Below are positions 37,585-51,388 of a stretch of 64,000 nt of DNA, piece after piece. Under the pieces are notes generated by a model. The model saw only the letters and a list, made by a program, of their open reading frames with translations, made no database searches and had not been told where the DNA came from. The position numbers and the translations under genes are program-made. The DNA is from Cycas panzhihuaensis (lineage: Eukaryota; Plantae; Cycadophyta), in NCBI GenBank assembly GCA_023213395.1, contig CM041465.1, positions 59,651,741 to 59,715,740 of the forward strand. Reading direction: 5' to 3'. Each line of letters begins with the position of its first letter. Position 1 is the stretch's first letter.

Positions 37585-40500
37585 GTCTGAAATCTTTCAA
37601 ATATATTAGAGCAGATATATCAGAGAACCAAGATATATATGTTTATAGCAAATTTCTCCAGTAGATAGATCTGTTACAATATATGGCTTGTTGGGCTGAA
37701 TATGCACCAAAACTTACATATCTGAAAAAAGAACTGGAAAAAATGATCAAATATATGATAAAATATATAGATTTGAAAGAAAACTCGAATAAATATTATA
37801 GATCTGAAGTAAGTATTACAGATCTAAAGTAAATATTATAGATCTTTAGCCAATATTGTAGATTTGAAGCAAATATTATAGGTATAAACAAAATAAACTA
37901 GAAAAATTGTCAATTTTTTAATAAAATAAGCAGATCTAAAGAATATATAGCAGATCTGAAGGAAACTTGAGTGAATATTGCTTGCAGTTATGCTCCTGCA
38001 CAAATATAAAAAATGTATTAAATATATAAATAAAATATGCCTGAAAAATGTCAAATATTTGACAGAAATATACCAAACTTGTTGATAAAACCTCTTGTAG
38101 AGTGATAAAACTTGATATTTATTATTTGCAGCTATGCACCTGCACAAATCTAAAAATAAATCTGAAATATATTTGTTATATCACAAGTAAAATTCAAGAA
38201 TAATCAAATTTGATAAAAAATAATGCAAGAAATTGTTGAAAAACTTTGTAGAAGATAAGTGTAACCAATATTTACTTACTTGTAAGTAGATCTGCTGTAA
38301 ATGCCAATAAATCTTCTTTCTCCTCAAAAACTGCAAATGGAGATTCAACAACCCAGTAACCTGGCTCTGATACCAGATGAAGGAAAATAAATCAATTGAG
38401 AACATGGTAGAACATAAACACAATAATCATATATCAATACATCATTGTTGCATAAACATAAGAGCTTTTGTATTCAATCCATTATATAGAGAGAGCATTA
38501 CAAATGATAGCACTCTTAGTTGGAAGGTGGGAGTTGGTTGATGAGCATTAACCCCAACAAAAATTTTAAAGAAAATTATAATATTATAGAAAAGATACTA
38601 GGTAAAAAGTTATAAAAAATAAAACATTTTATTAATAATCTTAAAAAATTGTACAAAAACTATTCAAATACATTTTACTCTTTATGAGCTCATTAATAAA
38701 TGTGTGATTCATCTTCATCTAGAGTAGAAGCTTAAATAGGCAACTAAAGAAGGATTTAGAGAAGCTAAGAGCTTTATGCAATTATTAATAAAAGCACGAG
38801 AATATTATTAACAACCAAGAATCTCCGAAAAAACTAGCTAATTAACCTTAGAGAAGTTGACCAATGTGGGGTCTAAGTCTCCCATTGTGGTTAATCACAA
38901 AGCATGAAAATGTATGAGAGTAGTATATGGGATCTAAGTCATATTATATGTGTTACATTTCTAACTATAGTATTACTTATAAGGCCAACAAATATCTATT
39001 AAAAAAAAAGGTTAAGTGATATATAAAAAATAATAAGTAATGACATATAACATGCAATTATTAACAAAAGCATAAGAATACTACAACAACCAAGAATCTT
39101 CGAAAAACCTAACTAATTAACCTTAGAGAAGTTAACCAATGTGGGGGTTAAGTCTCCCATTATGATTAATTACAAAGCATGAAAAAATATGAGAGTAGTA
39201 TATGGGGTCTAAGTCTCTTATTATATGTGTTATATTTCTAATTATAGTATTTCTTACAAGGCCAACAAACTCCTATTCAAAAAAATAAAGTTAAGTGATA
39301 TATAATAAATAATTAGCAATGGCATACAACATGAGGAAGTGGGTTTCCTCTTATATGAATCATCAATAATTAATTTTTCTAAGCAATTATTAGTAATAGG
39401 GATAAATACAAATTAATATATAGTATTATATTATATATTTTAAAGTTTTTACTTTTGAAGCCTCTTTCTAAATTAATTAAATTTGTGTTTTACTTTATAA
39501 ACATATGAAAGTCCACCTAACTAATGAATGTGGGATTTATCCCATTAAGGAATAGACCATTATCAACTCAATGAAGGGGATCACACCCAATCAACCCAAG
39601 TAGCAATAACTTGGACTGATAATATTAATGAGTCACAAGTAACAAGATATAGCATGAGGGGAGCAAGGTTCCTTCTCACGTGATTCATCAATAATTAATC
39701 CTTATAAGTATCTGTTAGTACCAAAGAGCAATGTGGTTCAGTATGAGACACTTCACTACATGTTTCAAGCTTTTTATCCTTAAGGGCTCTTTCCAAATTG
39801 GAAAAACTTTAAGGGTATGTTTTACTTTATAAACATATAAAGGACCACCTAACTAATGAATGTGGGATTTATCCTATTAAGAAAGAAACCAGTATCAACA
39901 CCATGAAGGGGATTATATCTAATCAACCCAAGTGGTAACAACCTAGACTAATAGTATCAATAAAAGTCCACTCGACTAATGAATATATGATTTATCCTAT
40001 TAATAAATATACCACTATTAACCCCATGAAGGGGGACATATCTAATCAACCTAAGTGGCAATGACCTAGACTAATAGTATTAATGAGTAAAAATATATAA
40101 CATAATGAAAATGGGATTTTCTCTTAGATGTGTCATTAATAATCAACCCCTTTTAAGTATTTATTAATACTAAGGAGTAATGTGGGTTAGCATAAGACAT
40201 AATACTGTACATTTTAGACTTTTTAGTCTCAAAGGTTCTTTTCTAATTAGCAATGCTTTAGGAGTGTATTTTACTTTATAAACATATGAAAGTCTATCTA
40301 ACTAATAAATGTAAAATTTATCCCATTAATAAATAAACCACTATCAACCCATTGAAAGGGATTACATCAAATCAACCCAAGTAGCAATATCTTAGATTGA
40401 TGATATTAACAAGCAATAAGTAATAGTAAGTAACACAAGGAGAGAAGGGTTCCCTCTTATATGAGTCATTAATAATCAAATTTTCTAAGTATTTATTAAC

Positions 40501-40606
40501 ACTAGGGAGCAAGGTGGATTAGTGTAGGGCACTATACCATATATTTTATGCCTTTTACCCTCAAAGGCTCCTTTCTAATTAATAAATCTTTAGGAGTATA
40601 TCTTAT

Positions 40607-42100
<1,494 letters not shown>

Positions 42101-43491
42101 GTCCACCTCACTAATGAATGTGAGATTTATTCCACTATATAATAGACCACTATTAACCTATTGAATGGGATTGAATCTAATCAACCTAAGTGACACTAAT
42201 CTAGACTTATAGTATTAATGAGTAATAACTAATGATATATAATATAAGAAAAATAGGATTCCCTCTCTCATGAGTTATTAATAATCATTCCTTCTAAGCA
42301 TTTATTACTACTAGGGAGTAACATGGATTAGTATGGGATATTGTATCATATATTTTGGGCTTTTCACCTTCTAAGGAACTTTCCAGATTGGTAAAGTTCT
42401 TAAGAGTGTGTTTTACTTTATAAATATGTGAAAGTCCACCTGACTAATTAATGTAGGATTTATCCCATTAAGGAATATACCATTATCAACCTAATAAAGT
42501 GGATCATATCTGATTAAACCAAGTGATAACATGATGGGCTAATAGTATTAATGAATAACAAGTAACAATATGTAGCACAAGGAGAATGAGATTCTAAATT
42601 TAAGATATACTAATGTGCAACAAACATAAGACTTGGAAGTAATAGCTTAGAGATGAACTTAATAAAAAATAAATAACATAAATTATAAAAAAACTAAGGA
42701 ATAAATAGAAAAATAAAGCAAGCATGCAATATTTTAAAAAAAGATGTTAGGTAAAGAGTTATGAAAAATAAATCATTGTATTACAAGCTTTAAAAAATTG
42801 TACAAAGACTTCTTGAATGCACTACACTTTTTATGGGTTCATCAACTAATGCAGTCCACCTTTGTCTAAGGTAGAATCTTATATAGGCAACTAAGAAAGG
42901 ATCTAAGGAAGTTAAGAGACTTACATAAAAGAAAGTATGGGAATTTTATCAACGTATAAGAACCTCCAAAAAACCTAGCTAAATAATTATCCTTAGGGAT
43001 TTTAATCGATGTAAGGTCTAAATCTCCCATCATATGTATTATATATCTAACTATAGTATTGTTTGCAAGGTTGGGAGGAAGAGTGAAGTGGCCATGTCAA
43101 TACATCACTAATTACTCATAACTCTTAAGATTTCTCTTAGTAACATAATAATTAGTCACATGATCCTTCATTTTATTGGCCATCTATATAGAAGTTAAAT
43201 AAATAACCATTAATTCATCAAGTTTATAATTTAAAATTGGATAAAAAATGGAACCAAATTAACACACACTTACATAGGTTTTTTTGGTAGAATTGGTCTA
43301 CCATCAACTTAATTGGCATTCATTAAGAACCCATTGCACTCACTAATTTAGAACACAACACTATACAATTATAAGTACAAGTAGGTAACAGTCAATAATA
43401 AACTCGTAACCACCCTAACACATATAATAATCCTATTAAGGCCTTTAATAACTTACCTACTCAATTTTATCTATATATGAATATTAAAATA

Positions 43492-45760
43492 ACCCTCCCC
43501 TTTAGTGTTTACATCATTGGTTTTAATGCCGCTACAAAATTTAAATTCATCAAACTTGTCCCTAGATAAAGGTTTTATGAAAATATGAATAATTTACCAC
43601 TTTGTCAATTTGTATAAAAGCTCAACCTCTTCATTCTAGATCTACTCCTTAATGAAATGATAATATACCTTGGTGTGTTTGGTGTAAGCATAGAATATTG
43701 AATTCTTAGAAATCTTTAAAGTACTCTGATTATCACAGTATAATATAATTACATCATCTTGATATAGTCCCAAATCACCAAGCACCTACCTTAATCATAT
43801 GGCTTCACAAATTGTTATAACAACATCTTTATTCTCTACCTTAGTATATGATAAATAAATATTAGGCTATTTTTTATTGCTTGAAGTAACAACTGTAAAA
43901 CCCAAACTAAAGCAATAACTGAAAGTGGACCTTCTATTATTCTCACATATAACCTAGTTAGAATCAAAATACCATGTTCACCTGAAGTTATCATTCTAAC
44001 TAAACTCCAATCCAAAGTGTTGTGTCCCCTAAAAATATATTAGGATTCTCTTTGTAATTTTTTAATAGTTCTGATTTAGTTTAGCCATAAATCTTGACAC
44101 CATACCAACTATAAAGGAAGTCAAGCAAATCAATTTACTAACTAGTTATTTGAATATCATGTCATCAACTTGTTTCTTATCATCATTTAGAGCTATAATC
44201 TTAAATCTATTTTCATAGGGATGTGTATAGGTTTATAATCCTCTATTCTTACTTTCTTCAGAATTTCTCATGTATAGTTAGCTTGTGAAATGAATATTTT
44301 TTCAAGTTTTTACCATACTTCCATTCTCAAAAAGTAGTGGAGTGATCTGAGATTTATCATCTCAAATGTCTTCTTAAGATCATACTTTAGGCCTTCAACC
44401 TTTAAGGTATTATTGCTTATGATTATAAGATCATTTACATATATGACTATAAAGATGACTAAATTTCCTTTAATCTTGATTTACATGTTTAAATCTATTA
44501 ATGATCTCTTAAACTCGTTGTTCAGAAATACTGATTGATCTTAGAATACTAGGCTCTTATAGCTTGTTTGAGGCCATACAAAGTCTTCTTTAAGTGATAA
44601 ACTAAATGCTCTTTGTCTATTATAATATATCCAAGTGGTGGCTCTATATAAACCTCCTCTACAAGATCTCTATTAAGGAAGGTAGTTTTGACATCAAATT
44701 GGTGTAACTATGACTTGAATTAAGTAACTATTGTAAGTATTAGTTTAATCATTACCATCTTTACTATTAGAGTTAATGTCTCATGGTAATATACCCCTTC
44801 TATTTGTTTGAATCCTTTAGTTACTAATCTAGGCCTATGCTTATTAATAGTGCCATATGATCTAAATTCAATCATATAGACCCATTTATAATGAATTTAC
44901 TACTAGTAAATTAATTAAATCCCAAGTCTTGTTCTACCTAATGGCATAGATTTTAGTATCTTTGTTTCTCCTCTACTTTTGTTGTTAGTTGGCCTTCTTA
45001 AAATATGAAGGTTCATTAACATCCAACACATCTACCATCAAAGCAAAACTGACCATATTAGGTCTCGTCCTCAACTTGTATTTACCTTCTATCTTGAGTA
45101 AATGAGCTTTAGCCATAATTTTTAAATACCACTTTAGGAACTTTTTAATAGGTGAAGCAACCTCAGGTTGCCTCTCTAACTATGATTCCTAATCATCTTC
45201 ATTTTCCTCCTCTTCAACTTCTTCCTTCTTCTTTAGCTAAGTTTTAGGCTTGATAATTGTTATCTCAAAGAACTTGTTTTAAGTTATTCCTTAATTAACT
45301 TCCCTTTGTCTCATTAAATCTTCAAAGAATCTAGGTCTTGATCTTGATATGAAACCTATTTCTCTACATCTTTAAAGATGACATCCCATGTTATATATAT
45401 CTTTTTAGATGCCAATTCATATACCTAGTATACTTTGCTCTCTTCACTACATCCTACAAGGATGTACTTGAACCTTTTATCACCAAACATTAGGCATTTT
45501 CAAGAGACAACCTCTTAATAGGTTCCTACAAGCCAAAATCCTCTAAAATTGAGGAAGATCATGTAGATAAAAGGGTTTTTTCTCCATATCAAACACAACC
45601 TTATTATCTTTACTAAACTTAGTAACATAGTGCTTGACTATATGAGTCATATGCATCACTTCAACCATGCAGTATGCTTGCAACAATCCACAATTTCTAA
45701 ACCTCCTTATGGTTGAGTTATCTTTATCATTTATGAAAGACGAATATGACTTCAAGTAGT
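43492..45760 (-). mobile_element. Decayed Ty1/copia 3' half (INT C-terminus, RT, RNase H, PPT)
   Basis: Minus-strand motifs KHRPRLVTKGF, FDVKTTFLNRDL, KTLYGLKQA and HTKVY..HFIKE. PPT at ~43503-43492; LTR probably to its left but its boundary is unresolved. Confidence 0.8.
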
Positions 45761-46894
45761 CTTGTATATTAATGATGATTTAAGCTAGGGGATTTTTAGT
45801 CCTTTAGTTAAAAGATGAATGAGAACTATCCATGATTCCTTTATAAGATATAAAGTTATACTACATAAAGGAAGCAAAGATTTAGGTGGAATGCAATCTT
45901 AAACACACTAGAAATATGTAGGGAAAGAGTACTTACTTCTTTGAATAATCTTCTTAAAGATGCTTGGGTGCCAATAGAAATCCTTAATTCTCAAAACTTG
46001 AAGAATTAAAAGTGTTAAATATATATAATGATGATATAAAAACTAATTTGACTTGGATAATAAAGAGATAAAGGAGCAAGGAGAACAAGTTTAATTTGCA
46101 TGCTTATGAGCTTAGTAGAGAAATGACTAAATTTAGTATAGAAATTAATGAAAATTTACTTTTTTAGAGTGGGCCCATATACTTGTGCTCACAAAGCTAC
46201 ATTGGGACTTGATACATCACTTCTTTATTCACAGGGCGTGGGATGGGGGACATGGGACATATAGGTCCTTATTTTACTAAGATCCATACCTATAAGCCTA
46301 TATTAGAACTTAATGTTGAGTCCTCATTCCTTACAAGATACATTACCATCATGCTTTCTTTGCCAGCATCAAGTTGACTACTTTCATCTAACAACTTAGA
46401 CTTTTTCATAATGTCTTATCATCTTTTGATGGTGCTTTACCACAAATGGTCATGATATGACTATTTAGATGTCTTTATAATATTACCTTTTCTTGTCACC
46501 TATATATCATAGTTTGATATATCTTTCTTCAACTTCCATCTTATGATGTATGAGATGTAAGATAAGGGATGTAAGATAATTTCATAAAAGTTTCTGAGGC
46601 ATAATACTTTTCACCTTACTTCTTTACTAAAAACTTAAGCTTTCTTAAGTGTTTATTTTTGAGTTTCTATCTATTATGTAGTAATCTTTTATTTTTATTC
46701 AAAACTAAAAGATAAAATATCTCATTTAAGTAATCTTTTAATAAAAAGAACCTATCCTCATCTATATTCTCACTTGGATTATACTCATATTATGAAGATT
46801 GTCACCAAGTAAAAGCTATGAGCATGTCAAATTTTATTGATCAAAATTATAGCCAGTACTCTTATGTAGGTAAAAGTCCTAATTCTCATCAATC

Positions 46895-49800
46895 CATTGA
46901 AAAATGAGATGGAGCTTTGATACCATGTGTTAAAATATAAATTAGCTATAAACAATCAATGAAAATGGATGAGTGAATGATAAAGAAATGGAACATAAGA
47001 ATATGAAGCATGTACGTGTTAACACTATAAAATGGAAGAATGGTCAAACTTTAAATTAAAAAGAAGATGATATGCATACTTATAGTACAACTTACCACAT
47101 GCGTAAGAACTCTCATTGGTCAATTTGATATGGGTTGGCACATATTTCTATGTGGCACATAACTTAAGGAGACCTCAAATATAAAATACAAAATAATCTA
47201 GAGAGTATGTGAATGAGGATAATTATGTAATTGAGAATTACACCCTACATTCCCCCCTCTAATAAATAATTATATTAAATAAAATACCACATCAAATGAT
47301 AAGTGTTGAGTCTTTAAATAAATAATGTAACATAAGTTATTATAATAAGATCATTTATTTCTAACACCCATATGAAGTGAACTCCATCCATTAGATAACA
47401 TTTGTAACCAACTATAGTGAGCTCTAGTTAACTAGAATGTTACTTCATATATGTTGTATAGTCAGTGCCAAGTCAACTTCACCTAGGAAACATATTATTT
47501 TATATGGCTAATAGGTAAGATGATGAAGAAATATGTAAGAGTAGCTTAAAAGACGTCCTACCTCTTACTTATATGGGATAATACAAGTAGCTTGTTTAGT
47601 TATAATTACTAGAAATAAATGGATCTAAGGCCTTATAATGGTACTATGGCCTTAAATTGCCTCCATGGTCTCTAAATCATGCTTTATGGGCTTATAGCAT
47701 GCCATTATAAGCTTCAACATGCCACTATGGGCTTATAATAACCTTTATGAGCTAAAGATATCTAATAATAAATGTTGTAAACATGACTCAAAAGTAGATG
47801 TGACTTGGTATGACTAGGGTATGAATGATAGAGGGTTGGGCATAACTTAAATAAAAATTAATTAGATTTGATCATTTTTTTATTTAAAAAAATGATTAAT
47901 TAGAATTTATAAAATTTGGCATCTTCCAAAATAAAATATATATATACATCTTCCAAAAACATTACCATACATATCAAAATATTAATTAAAAAGAAATCTT
48001 AAGGGTTTTCCATTTCTTCATTCTTCTTCTTCTTTGTGTTACAAGTGTAGTGATTGTATGTGGATTCTAGTTATGGTGGTGATATGCAGTGGTGGTTCCC
48101 ATAGTTATATTAGTGGCACCTATGATGGTGACTTTATACTCTCCGAAATAATGAGAGTGTTTACTATTGCTATTGATAAACTCCTGCTTAAGCACCAACA
48201 ATTCTATAATTCCTCTATTCACTTCTTTCCTTAATGTTTGTTAGATAAAAAACATGACTTGGCCATATTCAAGTCTACACTTAGAAGTAAAGACAAGAAA
48301 ATTTGGTAGCAATCATCATTGTCTATGATCTGTATGAGTGAATTAGCAAAGAGCATTACCCCTAGAGCTTCGTAGATTGATTGTATTAATCATTTCATCT
48401 TCTCAGGATAACTAGAGTACTCTTTTCTAGTTGCCATAAGCTTATCTTTCTATTCATCTTTGTGCTCAAATTAATTTATCTTCATAGATTGTTATTGGTA
48501 TAAGGGTTCTCTACAAAAAATGAATGGTTTCCATGTACTTGAGTTTCCATCTTTAGATGAATGGTTGCTCCTTCTTTGTAATGTGCTTTTCCATGTAAGC
48601 ATTAGAAAGATGAATCCTTTTATTTGTATTGATTTTTTCATCTTATTCTCTATATACATTACTACCCATGGGCCTCTTCCATTGAATGCATCATGTTCAA
48701 ACCCTTAGTGCCTCTACTAGGTATAATATATACATTCTTTTATTTATTTATTTATTTATTTATTTTGCATGCCAGGTAGATAGCATATCCTTTCTTTACA
48801 TCAAACCTTTTGGAATTTTACCTAAAAAAAAAAACTTTTATATAAAGCATATGGATTTTGTTTTTCCATTAGATAGTGAGGAAATAACCATATATTATGG
48901 AACCTTAGAGGATTTCTAGGTTCAAAGCATAAATAAATATATATTTATTCTTTTTAGCTTTTCATAAATTTTTTGGTTAATATATATTTTTATACTATTA
49001 CAATATGTTATGGTAGATATTATAAGTATAACCAAACCAAAAAGAGAAATACATATAAAGATTTTGAAACCTTGGAGGGTATATACTTATATCACTTAAA
49101 CCCTCTTATTAAAAAAAATGGTGGTTCAGTAAGGTCTCTCAAAGATATAGAGTCATTTCTAGCCTTTGCATAGTTAGAAAAAACTCTTGTAATTATTATC
49201 AACAATTCCTTTATAATCTACCCACTAGCATGCAAGGAAGTTTCCATATACCAACTAAAATATACTCTACTTTCTACTTCAAAATATAATATTTATGACC
49301 TCTATAAAGTACTTACATGTAACATTATTATAGGTTTACATGGTCAAAGAATAATCATTAAATACAATAGAAAAATCCATTATTTTCTGCCACTCTTTGT
49401 AGCTTCAAGAAGGTTTAATAATCGCTTCAAAAATAATTCTTTTAGTATCTTCAAAATTTATATAAAATAAGCTTTAAATATCTTTTAATGACATTAAAAT
49501 AACCCCTTAAATTTTTAAAAATAATGACAAAAATAGCTCCAAATGTATCTCAAATGATAGTAAAAAGTAGTCCTAGAAATATGCATAAAAAATGCAATAG
49601 AAAACAACTTCAAATATCTTGAAAAAAGACTAAAAATAGGTTACTAATTAGGCACGAAATCATATTCCTAAATAGCTTGATAAGGTTCTAAAATGATGAA
49701 TGAATAGGCTCAAGAAACAATCTTCGAGGACTTGAACCTTAGAGTCTAATACCAAATGTTGAAAAATTAGATGGAGCTTTGATACCATATGTTAGAATAT

Positions 49801-50112
49801 AAATCAACTATGAATAATAGATGAAAATAGGTGAGTGAATGATAAATAAATAAAAAACAAGAATATGAAGCATGTACATGTTTTCATAATAAAATGGAAG
49901 AATGGCCAAACTTTAAATTAAAAAGAAGATGATATATATACTTATAGTATAACTCACCACATGTGTAAGAACCCTCTTTAGTTTGACTTATTATGGACTG
50001 GTACATATTTCTATATGACACACAACTCAAGGAGGCCTCAAGTATAAAATACAAAATAATCTAGAGAGTGTGTGAATGAGGATAATTAAGTAATTAGGTA
50101 TTACACCTAATA
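46895..50112 (-). mobile_element. Non-autonomous LTR element (~3.2 kb, no recognisable coding domain)
   Basis: LTRs 50112-49757 and 47249-46895; TSD CAATC/TAATC; degenerate PBS 49754-49743; PPT at ~47259-47251. Confidence 0.85.
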
Positions 50113-51388
50113 TAATCTAGGTAGCACCCATAATTTTATCAATATATAAGTGGCTAAGAGATTAGGACTAAATATAGAGAAGAAAGAATTCAATAACATA
50201 CTTCTAAGAGAATAAGTTTCAACATGCTATAAAAAAAAAGTCAAATATTAATGATTGTATAGTAATAATTCTAAGTTTTTAGTCTATTATTATACCTTAG
50301 TTATTAGAGGCTTCAACATAGTCTTAGGAGCCAAATGGTTGAGGACACAAGGGACCTATGCCCTAAATCATAATAAAATTTTTATCAAGGGATAGAAGCA
50401 TAATTAATAGGAATCAACATCAAAAAATTAAAAGTTATATGTACAAAGAAAGTGGGAAAGATAATTTGCAAAAGGCATGCCAATTTTATTGAAGCATTAT
50501 TCTCCATCTAAGAAGAGGATTCAAAGGAGGAATTGCACCTAAACTAGAAGCAAGAGATAGATCAACTTTTTAACCAACACCAAGATGTTTTCTAGGAGTT
50601 ACCTAAGACTCCACTACCTAGCTAAAACATGGAGCATATTATTGATTTGGAATAAAGAAAAGAACCTACTATTGTTTATCCCTATCATTATAGACATAAA
50701 TAGAAAATAGAAATAAAAATACATATGCAAGAATTACTCAATTTTTATGCTAATATACTAAGTAAAAACCCTTATGTAATATGTATTATCTTAAGTTAGA
50801 AAAAGGATAAATTGTTTTGAACGTATGTGGATTATAGGGTCCTGAATAAGATAATTTTGAAGAAAAGATATTCCAATCTATAAATTGATGATATTACAAA
50901 TAAACTTAATTGGGCAAAGTACTTTACCACAATCAATCTATGCTTTAAATACTACTAGATCCTGATCAAGCCCTAAGATATGGAAAAATAGGCTTTCACA
51001 TATACCAAGACTTATATAAATTCAAGGTAATGTCATTTGGGCTAACCAATGCCCTAATGAACTTCCAAGTAAATATTAACCATGTGTTTACAACTTTCTT
51101 AAGAAATGTTTTTATAGTTTTCTTTGATGATATTCTTATATATAATAAAACATGAAAAAAGACCTATTATACATTCAAAAGGTACTTTAGTCTCTCTAGG
51201 AAACTAAATTCCTTATGAAAAAACCTAAGTATTACTTTAGAGGAAGGACCCTAAAATACCTCAGATTTATAATCTTAGAGGTAGGAATCAAAATTGGTTT
51301 AGGAAAGATATAATTAGTCCTTATTTATCCCATACTAAATAATGTATAAAAACTCAAATGGTTTCTATGAATTACTAAATGTTATTGA

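Larger units (their letters stand above)
33351..38559 (-). mobile_element. Complete non-autonomous gag-only LTR retrotransposon carrying host-gene cargo (copy 2, same family as 9170-14651)
   Basis: 5' LTR 38559-38378 (internally deleted) and 3' LTR 33734-33351. TSD AAAAT (33346-33350 / 38560-38564). PBS TGGTATCAGAGC 38375-38364; PPT adjoining 33735. 33351-35790 is colinear with the reverse complement of 12181-14651. Confidence 0.92.

Noticed and set aside
9170-38559. A giant TIR transposon (Pack-MULE-like) carrying the DUF1218 gene
   Set aside because: Each inverted arm is a self-contained LTR element with its own PBS, PPT and a different 5-bp TSD.
46905-47260. Shared middle LTR of a tandem element (PBS on one side, PPT on the other)
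   Set aside because: The same PBS-like motif is inside the other LTR, and the TSD plus the rejoined gypsy protease place the boundary at 46895.
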